DNA from: Arcobacteraceae bacterium
GTDB taxonomy: Bacteria > Campylobacterota > Campylobacteria > Campylobacterales > Arcobacteraceae
DNA: 64,000 nucleotides
NCBI GenBank assembly: GCA_963662945.1
Contig: OY759974.1
Coordinates: 1,792,001-1,856,000, forward strand
Direction of reading: 5' to 3'
Positions 43,204 through 54,220 of this stretch are shown piece after piece; position 1 is the stretch's first letter, and the number at the start of each line of letters is the position of its first letter. Made by a program: the position numbers and the translations under genes. A model generated the notes under the pieces. That model worked only from the letters and a program-made list of their open reading frames with translations, was not told where the DNA came from and made no database searches.

Positions 43204-43211
43204 GGATAGAA

Positions 43212-44420
43212 ATGGAATTAAAAATTAAAGAAGCACTTGGAGAGATTTCAAGAGGTTCAGAAGAAATTATTGATAATGAAAGATTAGAACAACTTTTAAA
43301 AAACTATTTTGAAAATGGTGAAAACTATTATGTAAAGGCAGGTTTTGATCCAACTGCTCCTGATTTACATTTAGGACATACTGTATTATTACAAAAGTTA
43401 GCAACATTTCAAAAATATGGGGCTATAGTTCAATTTTTAATTGGGGATTTTACAGCAAGTATTGGGGATCCAACAGGAAAAAGTGTAACAAGAAAAATAT
43501 TAAGTAAAGATGATGTTTTAAAAAATGCACAAAGTTATAAAGAACAAGTGTTTAAAATCCTTGACGAGTCTAAAACTCAAGTTGTGTTTAACAGTACTTG
43601 GCTTAATGATTTAGGAGCAGCTGGTATAATACACTTAGCCTCAAATTTAACAGTTGCTAGAATGTTAGAAAGAGATGATTTTAGTAAAAGATATGCTTCA
43701 AACTCGCCTATAGCAGTAAGTGAATTTACCTATCCTTTATTACAAGGTTATGATAGTGTTCATTTGAAATCTGATGTTGAGGTAGGTGGTACCGATCAAA
43801 AATTTAATCTTTTGATGGGAAGACAGCTTCAAAAAGCATATAATATTAAAAAACAACAAGTTGTATTGATGATGCCTATTTTAGAGGGGCTTGATGGTGT
43901 ACAAAAGATGTCAAAATCACTTGGTAATTACATTGGAGTAACTGATGAACCAAATGATATGTTTGGAAAAGTATTAAGTATTTCAGATGAATTGATGTGG
44001 AGATATTATGAATTATTATCTTCAAAAAGCTTAAAAGAGATTGCTCAATTAAAAAGTGATGTAGAGAGTAAAATAGTACATCCAAAAAAAGCGAAAGATC
44101 TTTTAGCGATAGAAATAGTAGATAGATTTCATGGAAATGGCGCTGGTCAATTAGCAGCAGATGAATTTACAAAAATATTTGCTAAAAAAGATATACCGAC
44201 AGATATGAAAGAATATGTTTTAGATAGTGGCATTGGTATTTTGCAAGCATTAGTAGAGTGTGAATTAGTTCCATCAACTTCACAAGCAAGAAGAGATATT
44301 AAAGCAGGTGCTGTAAAACTTGATCAACAAAAAGTTGATGATGATACAATGATTTTAGAAAATAAAGAATACATATTGCAAAAGGGTAAGAAGAATTTTG
44401 CAAAAATTACGATAAAATAG
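43212..44420 (+). CDS. tyrS: Tyrosyl-tRNA synthetase
   Basis: [19 protein letters not shown]-terminal S4 domain. Confidence 0.97.
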   Translation: MELKIKEALGEISRGSEEIIDNERLEQLLKNYFENGENYYVKAGFDPTAPDLHLGHTVLLQKLATFQKYGAIVQFLIGDFTASIGDPTGKSVTRKILSKDDVLKNAQSYKEQVFKILDESKTQVVFNSTWLNDLGAAGIIHLASNLTVARMLERDDFSKRYASNSPIAVSEFTYPLLQGYDSVHLKSDVEVGGTDQKFNLLMGRQLQKAYNIKKQQVVLMMPILEGLDGVQKMSKSLGNYIGVTDEPNDMFGKVLSISDELMWRYYELLSSKSLKEIAQLKSDVESKIVHPKKAKDLLAIEIVDRFHGNGAGQLAADEFTKIFAKKDIPTDMKEYVLDSGIGILQALVECELVPSTSQARRDIKAGAVKLDQQKVDDDTMILENKEYILQKGKKNFAKITIK

Positions 44421-44457
44421 ATATTAGTTTAGTAGAAAATTAGAATAAGGGTAACGA

Positions 44458-45531
44458 ATGAGAATAGGAAAGTATGAGATTGAAAAACCAATTATACAAG
44501 GCGGAATGGGTGTCGGTATAAGTTGGGACCAATTAGCTGGAAATGTATCACTTGAAGGTGGATTAGGTGTTATAAGTGCAGTTGGTACAGGATATTATCA
44601 AGATAAAAAATTTTCAAAAAAGAACGTTCAAGATAAACCTTATTCAGAAGAAAACTTTTATTCAAAAGATGCATTAGTAGAAATTTTTAAAAATGCTAGA
44701 AAAATTTGTGGAGATAAACCTCTTGCTGCAAATATATTGTATGCACAAAGTGATTATGGTAGAGTTGTTCATGATGCTTGTGAAGCGGGAGCAAATATTA
44801 TTATTACAGGAGCTGGAATTCCTACAAATATGCCAGAGTTTACAAAAGATTATCCAGATGTTGCACTTGTTCCAATTGTAAGTTCTGCACGTGCTTTAAA
44901 ATTGATTTGTAAAAAATGGAAAAGATATGGTAGATTACCAGATGCTGTTATTGTTGAAGGTCCATTAAGTGGTGGACATCAAGGTTTTAAATATGATGAT
45001 TGTTTTAAAGAAGAATTTCAATTAGAAAATATTGTTCCTCCTGTAATTGAAGAAGCAAAAAATTGGGGAAATATGCCAATTATTGCAGCTGGTGGAGTGT
45101 GGAATAAACAAGATATAGATAAGTTTTTAGATATGGGATGTGCTGGTGTTCAAATGGGTACTAGATTTATAGGAACTTATGAATGTGATGCAAGTGATGC
45201 TTTAAAAAATGTTATTATAAATGCTGAAGAAAAAGATATAAAACTTTTAAAATCACCAGTTGGATTACCAGCAAGAGGAGTTATTACTAATCTTCAAAAA
45301 GCAATTGAAACTGGAACTGCACCGAAAGTTGCATGTATAAGCAATTGTGTTGCTCCTTGTCATCGAGGTGAAGAAGCAAAAGCTGTTGGATACTGTATTG
45401 CTGATAGATTGAGTGATGCTTATCTTGGAAAAGTTGATACAGGATTATTTTTTACAGGTTCAAATGGATATAGAATAAAAGAGTTAATAAGTGTTAAAGA
45501 ATTGATGGATAAATTAACTAACGGCGAGTGA
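44458..45531 (+). CDS. Nitronate monooxygenase / FabX-like flavoprotein
   Basis: PIIQGGMGVG, VEGPLSGGHQG, CISNCVAPC...YC Cys cluster. Confidence 0.85.
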   Translation: MRIGKYEIEKPIIQGGMGVGISWDQLAGNVSLEGGLGVISAVGTGYYQDKKFSKKNVQDKPYSEENFYSKDALVEIFKNARKICGDKPLAANILYAQSDYGRVVHDACEAGANIIITGAGIPTNMPEFTKDYPDVALVPIVSSARALKLICKKWKRYGRLPDAVIVEGPLSGGHQGFKYDDCFKEEFQLENIVPPVIEEAKNWGNMPIIAAGGVWNKQDIDKFLDMGCAGVQMGTRFIGTYECDASDALKNVIINAEEKDIKLLKSPVGLPARGVITNLQKAIETGTAPKVACISNCVAPCHRGEEAKAVGYCIADRLSDAYLGKVDTGLFFTGSNGYRIKELISVKELMDKLTNGE

Positions 45532-45532
45532 T

Positions 45533-46879
45533 TTGAAACAATTAATTAAATTTTTTTTAATTGTTATACTAATATCTCAATATTCTTTTGCTTTGACAAA
45601 GGAGTATTACAAAGATAAATATGATACAACTAAAAGGTTGTATTTAGGTGCTATTATGTCAAATGATAGAGCTAAAGAGATTGAATATTTAAAGAAACTC
45701 ATACGTTATGCAGATAAACTGAATATTGATACTTTAAAGTATCAAAAAGAGCTCAATCGAATCGATACAACTACAATAATACAAAATAAAGTACAAACAA
45801 AATCTTACTTAAAACCACAAGTATTAAAATCCAAATATACTATTAAATCTGTTGTACAAGACACAGAGAGTATAACAATAAATTTTTATGATGATATAGA
45901 CAAATCTTTTATTGATTTTGACGAGAGAAAAGACAACAAATATTTTTATGATGAATTTAATATAAAAGGTAATTTTAAAGATGCAAAACCAACAAAGCTT
46001 TTTATAAAAGGGGTTAGCAAAATAACAATATACCAGCATAGTGATGATATTTTAAGAATATCATTGCGAAATCAAACAAATTTAAAAACCATTTATATAA
46101 TAGGAAAAAAAAGTATTATTATAAAAGTTTTAGATTTAAATAAAAAACCTATTAAAAATAGTGTACAAATGCTTCCTCAAGATATGTTTTTCCCATCTGC
46201 AAAAACAATTGTTATTGATGCTGGTCATGGAGGTAAAGATTCTGGTGCTGTAGGCCCTGGAAAGAACTATGAAAAACATGTGGTTTTTGCAATAAGCAAA
46301 TATTTAAAAAAAGAATTAGAAAAAATGGGCTTTAAAGTATATCTTACAAGAGCAAGGGATAAATTTGTAGAACTAAGTGATAGAACACATTTTGCTAATA
46401 CTAAAAATGCAGATATTTTTATTTCACTTCATGCTAATGCTGTTCCAAGATCAAAAGCAAAAGAAGCTCATGGTATAGAAACATATTTTTTAAGTCCTGC
46501 AAGAAGCGCTAGAGCGAAAAGGGTTGCAGCTTTAGAAAATAAGGGTGATATGGATAAAATGAGTTTAGGAAGTAAAGATTCTCTTTTAACTATCTTAAAT
46601 CAGTCAAAAATAACAGCTTCAAATAAAATTGCAATTGATGTGCAAAGAAATATGCTTTATACTTTAAGAGGTATATATGGAAAAAGTAATATAAAAGATG
46701 GCGGAGTTCGAGAAGGACCATTTTGGGTACTTGTAGGAGCTCAAATGCCATCTATATTAATTGAAGTAGGTTATATTTCACATCCAAAAGAGGGAAGACG
46801 AATTAAAACAACAAGTTACCAAAAAAATATTGCAATTGGTATTGCCCAAGGTGTGAAAAGTTATTTTATAAAAAATTAA
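45533..46879 (+). CDS. amiA: N-acetylmuramoyl-L-alanine amidase (Amidase_3)
   Basis: IDAGHGGKD, FISLHAN, ILIEVGY; signal peptide. Confidence 0.9.
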   Translation: MKQLIKFFLIVILISQYSFALTKEYYKDKYDTTKRLYLGAIMSNDRAKEIEYLKKLIRYADKLNIDTLKYQKELNRIDTTTIIQNKVQTKSYLKPQVLKSKYTIKSVVQDTESITINFYDDIDKSFIDFDERKDNKYFYDEFNIKGNFKDAKPTKLFIKGVSKITIYQHSDDILRISLRNQTNLKTIYIIGKKSIIIKVLDLNKKPIKNSVQMLPQDMFFPSAKTIVIDAGHGGKDSGAVGPGKNYEKHVVFAISKYLKKELEKMGFKVYLTRARDKFVELSDRTHFANTKNADIFISLHANAVPRSKAKEAHGIETYFLSPARSARAKRVAALENKGDMDKMSLGSKDSLLTILNQSKITASNKIAIDVQRNMLYTLRGIYGKSNIKDGGVREGPFWVLVGAQMPSILIEVGYISHPKEGRRIKTTSYQKNIAIGIAQGVKSYFIKN

Positions 46880-48456
46880 TCTATTGAAACAGTCACTTCA
46901 TCCATTTGTTCAGGAAGTAAATTATTGTTTGCATATTTTAAATAGAGTTTTTTATCAATAAAGAATTTTACTAAATCTTTGTCTAATTCTCCATCTTTTA
47001 CCATAAAAGACATTATTTTAAGTGATTGGTTTAATGTATTGGCATTTTTGTAAGGTCTATCTGAAGCAGTAAGTGCTTCAAATATATCTGCAATAGCTAG
47101 TATTCTTGCTTCAAAGGTAATCTCATCCCCTTTAAGTCCTAAAGGATAACCTTGTCCATTGATTTTTTCATGATGTCCACTTGCAATCTCTGGTACACGC
47201 TGTAATCTTTTAGGAAATGGTAGAGAATTTAGAATTTCATAACTTAATCTCGCATGATTATTGATGATATGTCGTTCATCATTCGTTAAAGTTCCTTTTG
47301 CTATACATAAATTATCAATTTCATTTTGAGTTAAAATATTTTGTTTTATATTGTTTATGGTAATTTGATACTGAGCTATTTTATGAACTCTTTGAATATC
47401 CTCATCACTCATAAATTCTGACCCTTTATTTGCCATTTGTATAAATAATAAATCTTCTTGAATCTGTTTTATTGTGTCATTAAATTCTTTTTCTATAGAT
47501 TCATTATTTTTATTTTGAATGAGTTTATTTAAATATTCTATTTCTATTTCTTTTTTTAATAGCTCAAATTTTACTTCAACAGTATGTATTCTATCATATA
47601 TGGTTTCTAATTTTGTTGATTTATCAACAACATGGTCTGGAGTAGTTATTTTTCCAACATCATGCATCCACGCAGCAACATCAATCTCTTTTAATTGGTA
47701 TTCATCAAAAAACTTCTCTCTATAAAGACCTTCATTATCTTCATTGACTGCTTGTGCAATATCCAAAGCAATCTCTGAAACTCTATTAATATGCCCTTGG
47801 GTATATTTTGACTTTTCCCCAATAGCTGTTGCAATAGCTTGAATAAAAGAATCTAAAAGATTTTCTAAATCTCGTACTAATCTTTGTTGCGTTATAGACA
47901 TTGCAGCTTGTGATGACATAGAAAGAATTAAATCTTCATCATCTTTTGTAAAAGCTACACTTTTTTCATCTTTGTTTTGTTTGTTAATAAGTTGTACAAC
48001 GCCAATAATATCTCCATCATAATTTTTCATAGGAACAACTAGCATTGATTTTGTTCTATAGCCAGTTGCAGCATCAAAAGCTTTAGGGCCTTCAAAGTTG
48101 AATTCTTCTGATTTATAAACATCTTCTATATTAATTAGTTTATCATTAAGTGCACAACTTACTGATATATTAATATCATTTTGAGAACCATCTTCTTTAT
48201 ATAAAGGAAGATTTGGCCAAGGTATAGTTCCCTCTGCACTAGAGAGACTTATATTTAACGAATCTGTTTGAACTGCTGTAAATTTTAAAGATTTGTTATC
48301 ATCACATAAAAGATAAAATGTTCCCGCATCTGCATTTGTTATTTTTTTAGCAGCAGTAAGAATTTTTTGCATTATTAAATGCAAGTTCTTTTCAGTAGAT
48401 AGGAGATATCCTATTTCATTTAACAAGTGTATATAATTATTTTCTTGGCTATCCAT
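46876..48456 (-). CDS. GAF plus HD-GYP phosphodiesterase
   Basis: GAF (FDAATGYRTKSMLVVPM, VVQLINK), MHDVGKI, HHEKINGQGYP, ADIFEALTASDRPYK. Confidence 0.9.
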   Translation of the reverse strand: MDSQENNYIHLLNEIGYLLSTEKNLHLIMQKILTAAKKITNADAGTFYLLCDDNKSLKFTAVQTDSLNISLSSAEGTIPWPNLPLYKEDGSQNDINISVSCALNDKLINIEDVYKSEEFNFEGPKAFDAATGYRTKSMLVVPMKNYDGDIIGVVQLINKQNKDEKSVAFTKDDEDLILSMSSQAAMSITQQRLVRDLENLLDSFIQAIATAIGEKSKYTQGHINRVSEIALDIAQAVNEDNEGLYREKFFDEYQLKEIDVAAWMHDVGKITTPDHVVDKSTKLETIYDRIHTVEVKFELLKKEIEIEYLNKLIQNKNNESIEKEFNDTIKQIQEDLLFIQMANKGSEFMSDEDIQRVHKIAQYQITINNIKQNILTQNEIDNLCIAKGTLTNDERHIINNHARLSYEILNSLPFPKRLQRVPEIASGHHEKINGQGYPLGLKGDEITFEARILAIADIFEALTASDRPYKNANTLNQSLKIMSFMVKDGELDKDLVKFFIDKKLYLKYANNNLLPEQMDEVTVSID

Positions 48457-48485
48457 GAGTTATTATACCTAAAAAAATCATAAGA

Positions 48486-50732
48486 TTACCCTTTTGTAGT
48501 ATGAACAAAAACACCATTAAAGTTTTTTGGTGGTTCTTCTATATAATGTTCACACCTTTCAATGTAAATTCTGTAAATATTTTTATTGGTTTTATCTTCC
48601 CAATTATTAAGTGTGGTAAATATTTCCAAAGCTTCCTTAAAATTACTTTTTTTATATAATTCTACAGCATGGTGATAAAGTTCTAATTCTTCATTGAGTC
48701 TCTCTTTGGAAACCTTATATAATTTGTGCATAGATTCATCTCTATTATAATCTATGATTTGCCAAATTTCAATAGGTTCTTTTTTCCCTTTTACAGTTAC
48801 TAAATCTAAAAATCTAAAAATATATTCATCTTGAGGCAATCTTTCTTTTGTAAAATTAGAAATATTACATTTTGAGTTATAAAATTTACAAAGTGACTCA
48901 AGTCTTGCTCCAAGATTAATAGGATCACCAATTACTGTATAGTCACTTCTTTGACTACTTCCCATTTCTCCAGCGATAACTTCACCAGTATTAAGACCAA
49001 TTCCAATATCTACAATTGGTATATTAAGTTCTTTTGACATTTGAACTACAGCTTTAAATCTCTCATCAGCTTCGAGTTTTTTATTGAGTGTATCTAAATA
49101 GTGTAGTTGTTCTAACGTAGCATTCACGGCTCGTTGTGGATGATCTGGTACATCTCCTGGTGCATTCCAATATGCCATAATAGCATCACCTATAAATTTA
49201 TCAATTGTACCATGTTGATTAATGATGATATCTGTCATAGGATCCATATATTCATTCATAAATTCAATAAGAATTTTTGCATTAGGCATTGCTTCTGAGA
49301 TATTTGTAAAACCTCTTACATCACTAAAAAATACCGTTACTTCTCTTGTATTTGCTGCAAAAGAGGTATCTTCAGGATTAGCAAGAAGTGATTCCATAAC
49401 CTCTTTAGATACTTTTGAAGCAAATTTATTTTTAATAGCTTTTGTTTGTTTTTGTTCAAGAAAATAGTTCAATGTTATAGCACTAATACTTGTTAATATA
49501 ATTGTTAAAATAGGAAATAAAATATTTAGAATCAAACCATAAGTAAATAAAGATACAAATATAAGATAAATATCTAACATAGTTACAATAGCAATAATCG
49601 TTAATGCAATAGACAAAGGTAAATAAGCTATTAACATAATGATAATAAAACCTAGTAAAAATATATGTAAAATATTGAGACCATCAACCCAAGAAGGTTT
49701 AGAGATAAAATCTTTTGTTAAAATATTATCTATAATATTTGCATGTACTTCAACCCCAGGGTAAACAGATTCAAAAGGTGTAGCTCGCAAGTCTAACAGT
49801 CCAGCAGCACTTGTACCAATAATAGCTATTTTCCCTTCAATATCTTTTTTATTAAAATTATTATTGAGTATATCTACAGCAGAGATATATTGAAAACTTT
49901 TAGCACCACCTCTAAAATTTACAATTGATCTTCCATATCTATCCGTTGGAATAATAAAATCTCCAAGTTGAATATTAATAACACCATTTTCATCATAGTT
50001 GATAAAAACTTTTTTAATATCCGAAATAACTCGAATAATTTCTAGTGCTAATGATGGATATATTTGTTCATTGTATTTTATAATTAAAGGGACACTTCGT
50101 ACTACACCAGACTCATCAGGAACATTATTGAAAAATCCACTAGAATAAGAACTTTGTTGAATGATTGGCAAGTTTAAAATGGTTCCAAAAGCATTGATTA
50201 CTAAATCTTTATTATATTCAGTTAGATTTTTTTCTATGAAAATTGCAGGTATATCAGGTGTTCTTTGTTCTGCAAAATCATCACGCGAAAGTTGAAATTG
50301 ATATCCCAAAATAGTAGGTGTTTGTGAAATAATTGAAGCAAAATATTTGTCGTTATCTGGTATCTCTTTAGTTGTGGAAATATGATATTTTTCTATTATT
50401 TTTGTAGGATTAGTTCTATCTTCTTCTGCAAAAACAATATCAAATCCAACCAGTCCAACGCCTGCGTTTGTGAGATTGATTAATAAATCAGAAACTGTAT
50501 CTCTACTCCAAGGCCATTGTCCAACTTCTTTTAATGATTTATTATCTAAATCGATAATAACGATATTTTTACTATCTTCAACTTCTCCTCTTAAAATAAA
50601 CATATAATCTCTTAATCTATTATCAAAAGAGTTTAATGTTTTGGGAATATAAGTATAAAAATAAAACAAAACTACAAAAGTAGAAAGAGCTAGTAAAAAG
50701 TAAAAAAGAAACTTTTTAAAATGCTTATTCAT
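48486..50732 (-). CDS. CHASE2-domain class III adenylate cyclase
   Basis: GQWPWSR and PGVEVHA (CHASE2), 3 TM, FSDVRGFT, DKFIGDAIMA, YTVIGDPINLGARLES. Confidence 0.92.
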   Translation of the reverse strand: MNKHFKKFLFYFLLALSTFVVLFYFYTYIPKTLNSFDNRLRDYMFILRGEVEDSKNIVIIDLDNKSLKEVGQWPWSRDTVSDLLINLTNAGVGLVGFDIVFAEEDRTNPTKIIEKYHISTTKEIPDNDKYFASIISQTPTILGYQFQLSRDDFAEQRTPDIPAIFIEKNLTEYNKDLVINAFGTILNLPIIQQSSYSSGFFNNVPDESGVVRSVPLIIKYNEQIYPSLALEIIRVISDIKKVFINYDENGVINIQLGDFIIPTDRYGRSIVNFRGGAKSFQYISAVDILNNNFNKKDIEGKIAIIGTSAAGLLDLRATPFESVYPGVEVHANIIDNILTKDFISKPSWVDGLNILHIFLLGFIIIMLIAYLPLSIALTIIAIVTMLDIYLIFVSLFTYGLILNILFPILTIILTSISAITLNYFLEQKQTKAIKNKFASKVSKEVMESLLANPEDTSFAANTREVTVFFSDVRGFTNISEAMPNAKILIEFMNEYMDPMTDIIINQHGTIDKFIGDAIMAYWNAPGDVPDHPQRAVNATLEQLHYLDTLNKKLEADERFKAVVQMSKELNIPIVDIGIGLNTGEVIAGEMGSSQRSDYTVIGDPINLGARLESLCKFYNSKCNISNFTKERLPQDEYIFRFLDLVTVKGKKEPIEIWQIIDYNRDESMHKLYKVSKERLNEELELYHHAVELYKKSNFKEALEIFTTLNNWEDKTNKNIYRIYIERCEHYIEEPPKNFNGVFVHTTKG

Positions 50733-50735
50733 AAA

Positions 50736-51542
50736 TTAATACCTAATACAATCGTTTGTTTTTAAAATCGTACCATCATTAAGTAAAAGTTTTAAGGTAT
50801 CTATTTCATCTGTTATTTCTTGTAGATAAAAAGGTTTTAGATGAGATAAGTGTAAAGTTATATCTTTTCTTGTAAGTTTTGTAAGTTCTTTTTGTAATAA
50901 ACTCGGTGTAAGATGTTTACTGTCAAATGCTAATTTTTCCATTCTTGAGGGAAAAGAAACATCGATAATAACAGTTGAAATCTTATGATTTGTATTAATA
51001 TTTTCCCAAATAGTATCACAACAGTATGTATCTGAAGTAAATAATAAAGCATGATCATTTTTTTGTATAATATAGCCATTACTAGATTTTGTATGATTGT
51101 TTTCTATAGCAGTTATTGTTATATTATCTATTATAAATGGTGTATTAAGTTCTATTGGAATTAATTCTATAGCATTACAATTTGAGTTAATTAGTGGTAT
51201 TTGGGTAAAGTCAGGCCAGATTTCCCAGTTTAATAGATGATTATGTATATGTTCTAAATTTTCTTTTCTTCCATATATTTTGAGTGGTTTTTTTCTAAGT
51301 TCGAAAGTATTATCAATAAGAAATGCAATATCAATAATATGATCAAGATGAGAATGTGTTATGAGAATATGATCAATTTCAACAACAATATCATGTTGTT
51401 CATTGGTTAAATTTCCAGCATCTATAACGATATTTTTTGAAACTTGTAAAGAGGTTAAGTCTGTATTATGTGATTTTCCACCATTGGCACCTAATACTTT
51501 TATAAAGTTATTTTCGTTATTGGAAAATGATAGGTTGGCCAT
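50736..51542 (-). CDS. Class II (MBL-fold) cyclic-nucleotide phosphodiesterase-like protein
   Basis: LGANGG, ITHSHLDHI, NWEIWPDF, HLTP, HLKP. Confidence 0.82.
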   Translation of the reverse strand: MANLSFSNNENNFIKVLGANGGKSHNTDLTSLQVSKNIVIDAGNLTNEQHDIVVEIDHILITHSHLDHIIDIAFLIDNTFELRKKPLKIYGRKENLEHIHNHLLNWEIWPDFTQIPLINSNCNAIELIPIELNTPFIIDNITITAIENNHTKSSNGYIIQKNDHALLFTSDTYCCDTIWENINTNHKISTVIIDVSFPSRMEKLAFDSKHLTPSLLQKELTKLTRKDITLHLSHLKPFYLQEITDEIDTLKLLLNDGTILKTNDCIRY

Positions 51543-51545
51543 TCT

Positions 51546-51974
51546 TTACCCCTTTTGTAAATATTTTATAACATCCTGTATTAATTTACTTTGTTTTTTC
51601 TTGATATTTGGTAATTTTGTAATATCAAAAAACTGTGCATCACTGTTTTCCCATGAAAGATATTTTTTTTGTAATTTGTCATCTGTAAAATATTTTTCAA
51701 TATCTTTTATATTATTGTAATTTACTAGATAAATAGCAATATCTTTTTGCTTATTTTTTTGTTCGAAATATTTTTCTAAATATTTTTTTTCAACAGTTAT
51801 CGATGATTCTTCTTTGAACTCTCTAATAGCTGTTTGAAAATCTGCTTCACCTTTATCTTGAACACCTTTTAAAAATCCCCAACGATTTTTACTTGACACA
51901 GATTTACATAATAGTATTTTAATACTATTTTTGTTCACTTTATAAAGTGAAATACCATAAGCTTTTATTTTCAT
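51546..51974 (-). CDS. NUDIX hydrolase
   Basis: Nudix box GVQDKGEADFQTAIREFKEESSI. Confidence 0.85.
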   Translation of the reverse strand: MKIKAYGISLYKVNKNSIKILLCKSVSSKNRWGFLKGVQDKGEADFQTAIREFKEESSITVEKKYLEKYFEQKNKQKDIAIYLVNYNNIKDIEKYFTDDKLQKKYLSWENSDAQFFDITKLPNIKKKQSKLIQDVIKYLQKG

Positions 51975-53039
51975 TTAAATAACTTTTTTATTGTAAATAT
52001 AATAGGTTACAATAAATAATATAACCAATGGCATTATTATAGCAAGTTCTCCTAAAACTATGCCTCCAAATGCTAATTTTTGAAGTAAAAATAATACTCC
52101 CCAAGTTATTAATGTCGTAAAAATAGTAATAGAAGTAAAACCTGCTGTATTAAAAAATCTACTACTAGGATTTGTGAATAAAAAGATAATAATTATTAAT
52201 GGTATAACAAAAAAAGGCATAAATATTTGTGAATATAAAATTGTTTTTATTTTGTTTGTGTTGAAGTCTTGATCTTCTAATAATAATATTGTTCGAACAG
52301 CATCAATAATTGAAAATTGGGTTTCCCCTTTATATACATTATTAATAATTTTAGGTTCAAATCCTTCTAGTGTATATAAAAATTTTTCATTTGTTATAGT
52401 AAGTTTAGAATCATTCCAATCTATTACTTCTGGTTTTTTTGTAATTTTGGTATCAATAACATACCATCTATTGTTTTGAAAGTAAGCTTTTTTTGCTACG
52501 ATAATTTCTACAATATCATGATTTTTAGTTTTAAAAATATGAATATCTTCAGCTTTTTTTTCTAAAGGATAAAGCTTTTTAAAATAGATAAAGTAATCAT
52601 CGTATTTTAAAAATATGTTTGATTTTTCATTTACAAAATAACTGTTATCTAAAATTTTATTTTTATTTTCAACTGAATAAGCAAGAGGTGTTGCTTGTAA
52701 AACTATTAATATAAGTGTAATAAAAATTGAGATGAAAATAATAGGTCGTAAAACATCAGCTTTTGATATACTCAAAGAATAAAAACTTACTAGTTCATTA
52801 TTTTTAACTAATACAGTAATAGTAACAATCCATCCAAAAACCAATGAAAGGGGTAGGGTAATCGTAAATGTGAAAAAAGCATTGTATATTACATATAATA
52901 ATTGTAAGTTTGCAGATTTTGGAAGATCAGCTAAGTTTTGTAATAGATCGATTCCTACAAAGAAAAATTCTAAAGAGATCAAAATAATAAAAAAGTATTT
53001 TAAATATTTTAATAAAAGATATTTTGTAATTATTTTCAT
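51975..53039 (-). CDS. LptF/LptG-family LPS export permease
   Basis: 3 TM, periplasmic region, 3 TM; LPLSL...NELVS motif; follows pth. Confidence 0.85.
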   Translation of the reverse strand: MKIITKYLLLKYLKYFFIILISLEFFFVGIDLLQNLADLPKSANLQLLYVIYNAFFTFTITLPLSLVFGWIVTITVLVKNNELVSFYSLSISKADVLRPIIFISIFITLILIVLQATPLAYSVENKNKILDNSYFVNEKSNIFLKYDDYFIYFKKLYPLEKKAEDIHIFKTKNHDIVEIIVAKKAYFQNNRWYVIDTKITKKPEVIDWNDSKLTITNEKFLYTLEGFEPKIINNVYKGETQFSIIDAVRTILLLEDQDFNTNKIKTILYSQIFMPFFVIPLIIIIFLFTNPSSRFFNTAGFTSITIFTTLITWGVLFLLQKLAFGGIVLGELAIIMPLVILFIVTYYIYNKKVI

Positions 53040-53596
53040 ATATCAGCTTTAATTGTGTATTTTGATTTTACCTCTTCAAGTGATAAGCTCTGTAAAGACT
53101 CTATCGCTTTAATAGTATGAGGTATTATATCTTCTAATACTTTTAGTTCCTCTTTTGAAAAGTCAGATAAAACATAATTTGCTACATCTGATTTATGTTC
53201 AGGTTTTCCTATACCAATTCGTACTCTTATATAATCTTTTCCAATATGAGCATCAATAGAACGAAGTCCATTATGACCACCGTGACCACCACCCATTTTA
53301 AATTTTACTGTTCCAAATGGTAAGTCTAAATCATCGTGTACTATTATAATATTGCTATTTTCAATATTATAATACTCTACGATATTTATAATTGATGAAC
53401 CACTATCATTCATATAAGTTTGTGGTTTGGCATAAATATTTGTAAGATGTTTTTTCACTTCAGCTTTGAAGTTTTGATTTGTGATATTTGTAGTTTGTAG
53501 ATTTTTGGTTATCTCATCGATAACCAAAAAACCTATATTGTGTCGGTTAAGTTTATATTTATCACCTGGATTACCAAGTCCAGCGATTAAGTACAT
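53036..53596 (-). CDS. pth: Peptidyl-tRNA hydrolase
   Basis: GLGNPG, RHNIGF, HDDLD, GGHNGLRSI. Confidence 0.97.
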   Translation of the reverse strand: MYLIAGLGNPGDKYKLNRHNIGFLVIDEITKNLQTTNITNQNFKAEVKKHLTNIYAKPQTYMNDSGSSIINIVEYYNIENSNIIIVHDDLDLPFGTVKFKMGGGHGGHNGLRSIDAHIGKDYIRVRIGIGKPEHKSDVANYVLSDFSKEELKVLEDIIPHTIKAIESLQSLSLEEVKSKYTIKADI

Positions 53597-53614
53597 AACA
53601 ATCTAAACTTTAGA

Positions 53615-54151
53615 TTATTTAGCTTTGATTACACCAACAACTGGTACTCTTGGGTCTAAGAAACATTCAACACCTGTTGGTAATTCAATATCTCTTACAA
53701 GGTAGTTGTCACCTGTATCTAAATCTGTTACGTCAAATTTGAATTCTTGTGGTAAGTTTTCAATTGTACATTTAACTGCAACTCTATTTCTGTGGTATGC
53801 TAAAAGACCTTTGTTTTTAAGACCTTTTGGTGTTCCTACAGCTTTTACTGGAACCATGTATGTAGCTCTTACACCTGGTTGTGCAACCATTAAATCAACA
53901 TGTAATAATGCTGAAGTAATAGGGTGTTTTTGATACTCTTGAACAACAACTTTGTAAGTTGTTCCTGCAACATCTACATCAAATGCAACTGTTTCTTTGT
54001 TCTTTAAATATCTAACGTAATCATTTACTTTAAATGCAGCATTTACGTTTTCCATACCTTTTCCGTAAATGTTGGCAATTAGATAACCATCTCGTCTTAA
54101 CTGTTTTGTTGGTTGTTTTGCGATACTATCTCTAAGTATACCTTGTAACAT
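53615..54151 (-). CDS. rplY: 50S ribosomal protein L25 / Ctc
   Basis: [18 protein letters not shown]...LHVDL. Confidence 0.95.
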   Translation of the reverse strand: MLQGILRDSIAKQPTKQLRRDGYLIANIYGKGMENVNAAFKVNDYVRYLKNKETVAFDVDVAGTTYKVVVQEYQKHPITSALLHVDLMVAQPGVRATYMVPVKAVGTPKGLKNKGLLAYHRNRVAVKCTIENLPQEFKFDVTDLDTGDNYLVRDIELPTGVECFLDPRVPVVGVIKAK

Positions 54152-54220
54152 TTTGTTTCCTTGTTTTAAATTGAACGCGAATTTTACCCAAAATTAATTT
54201 AAGTTTAGATTAAATTAATC

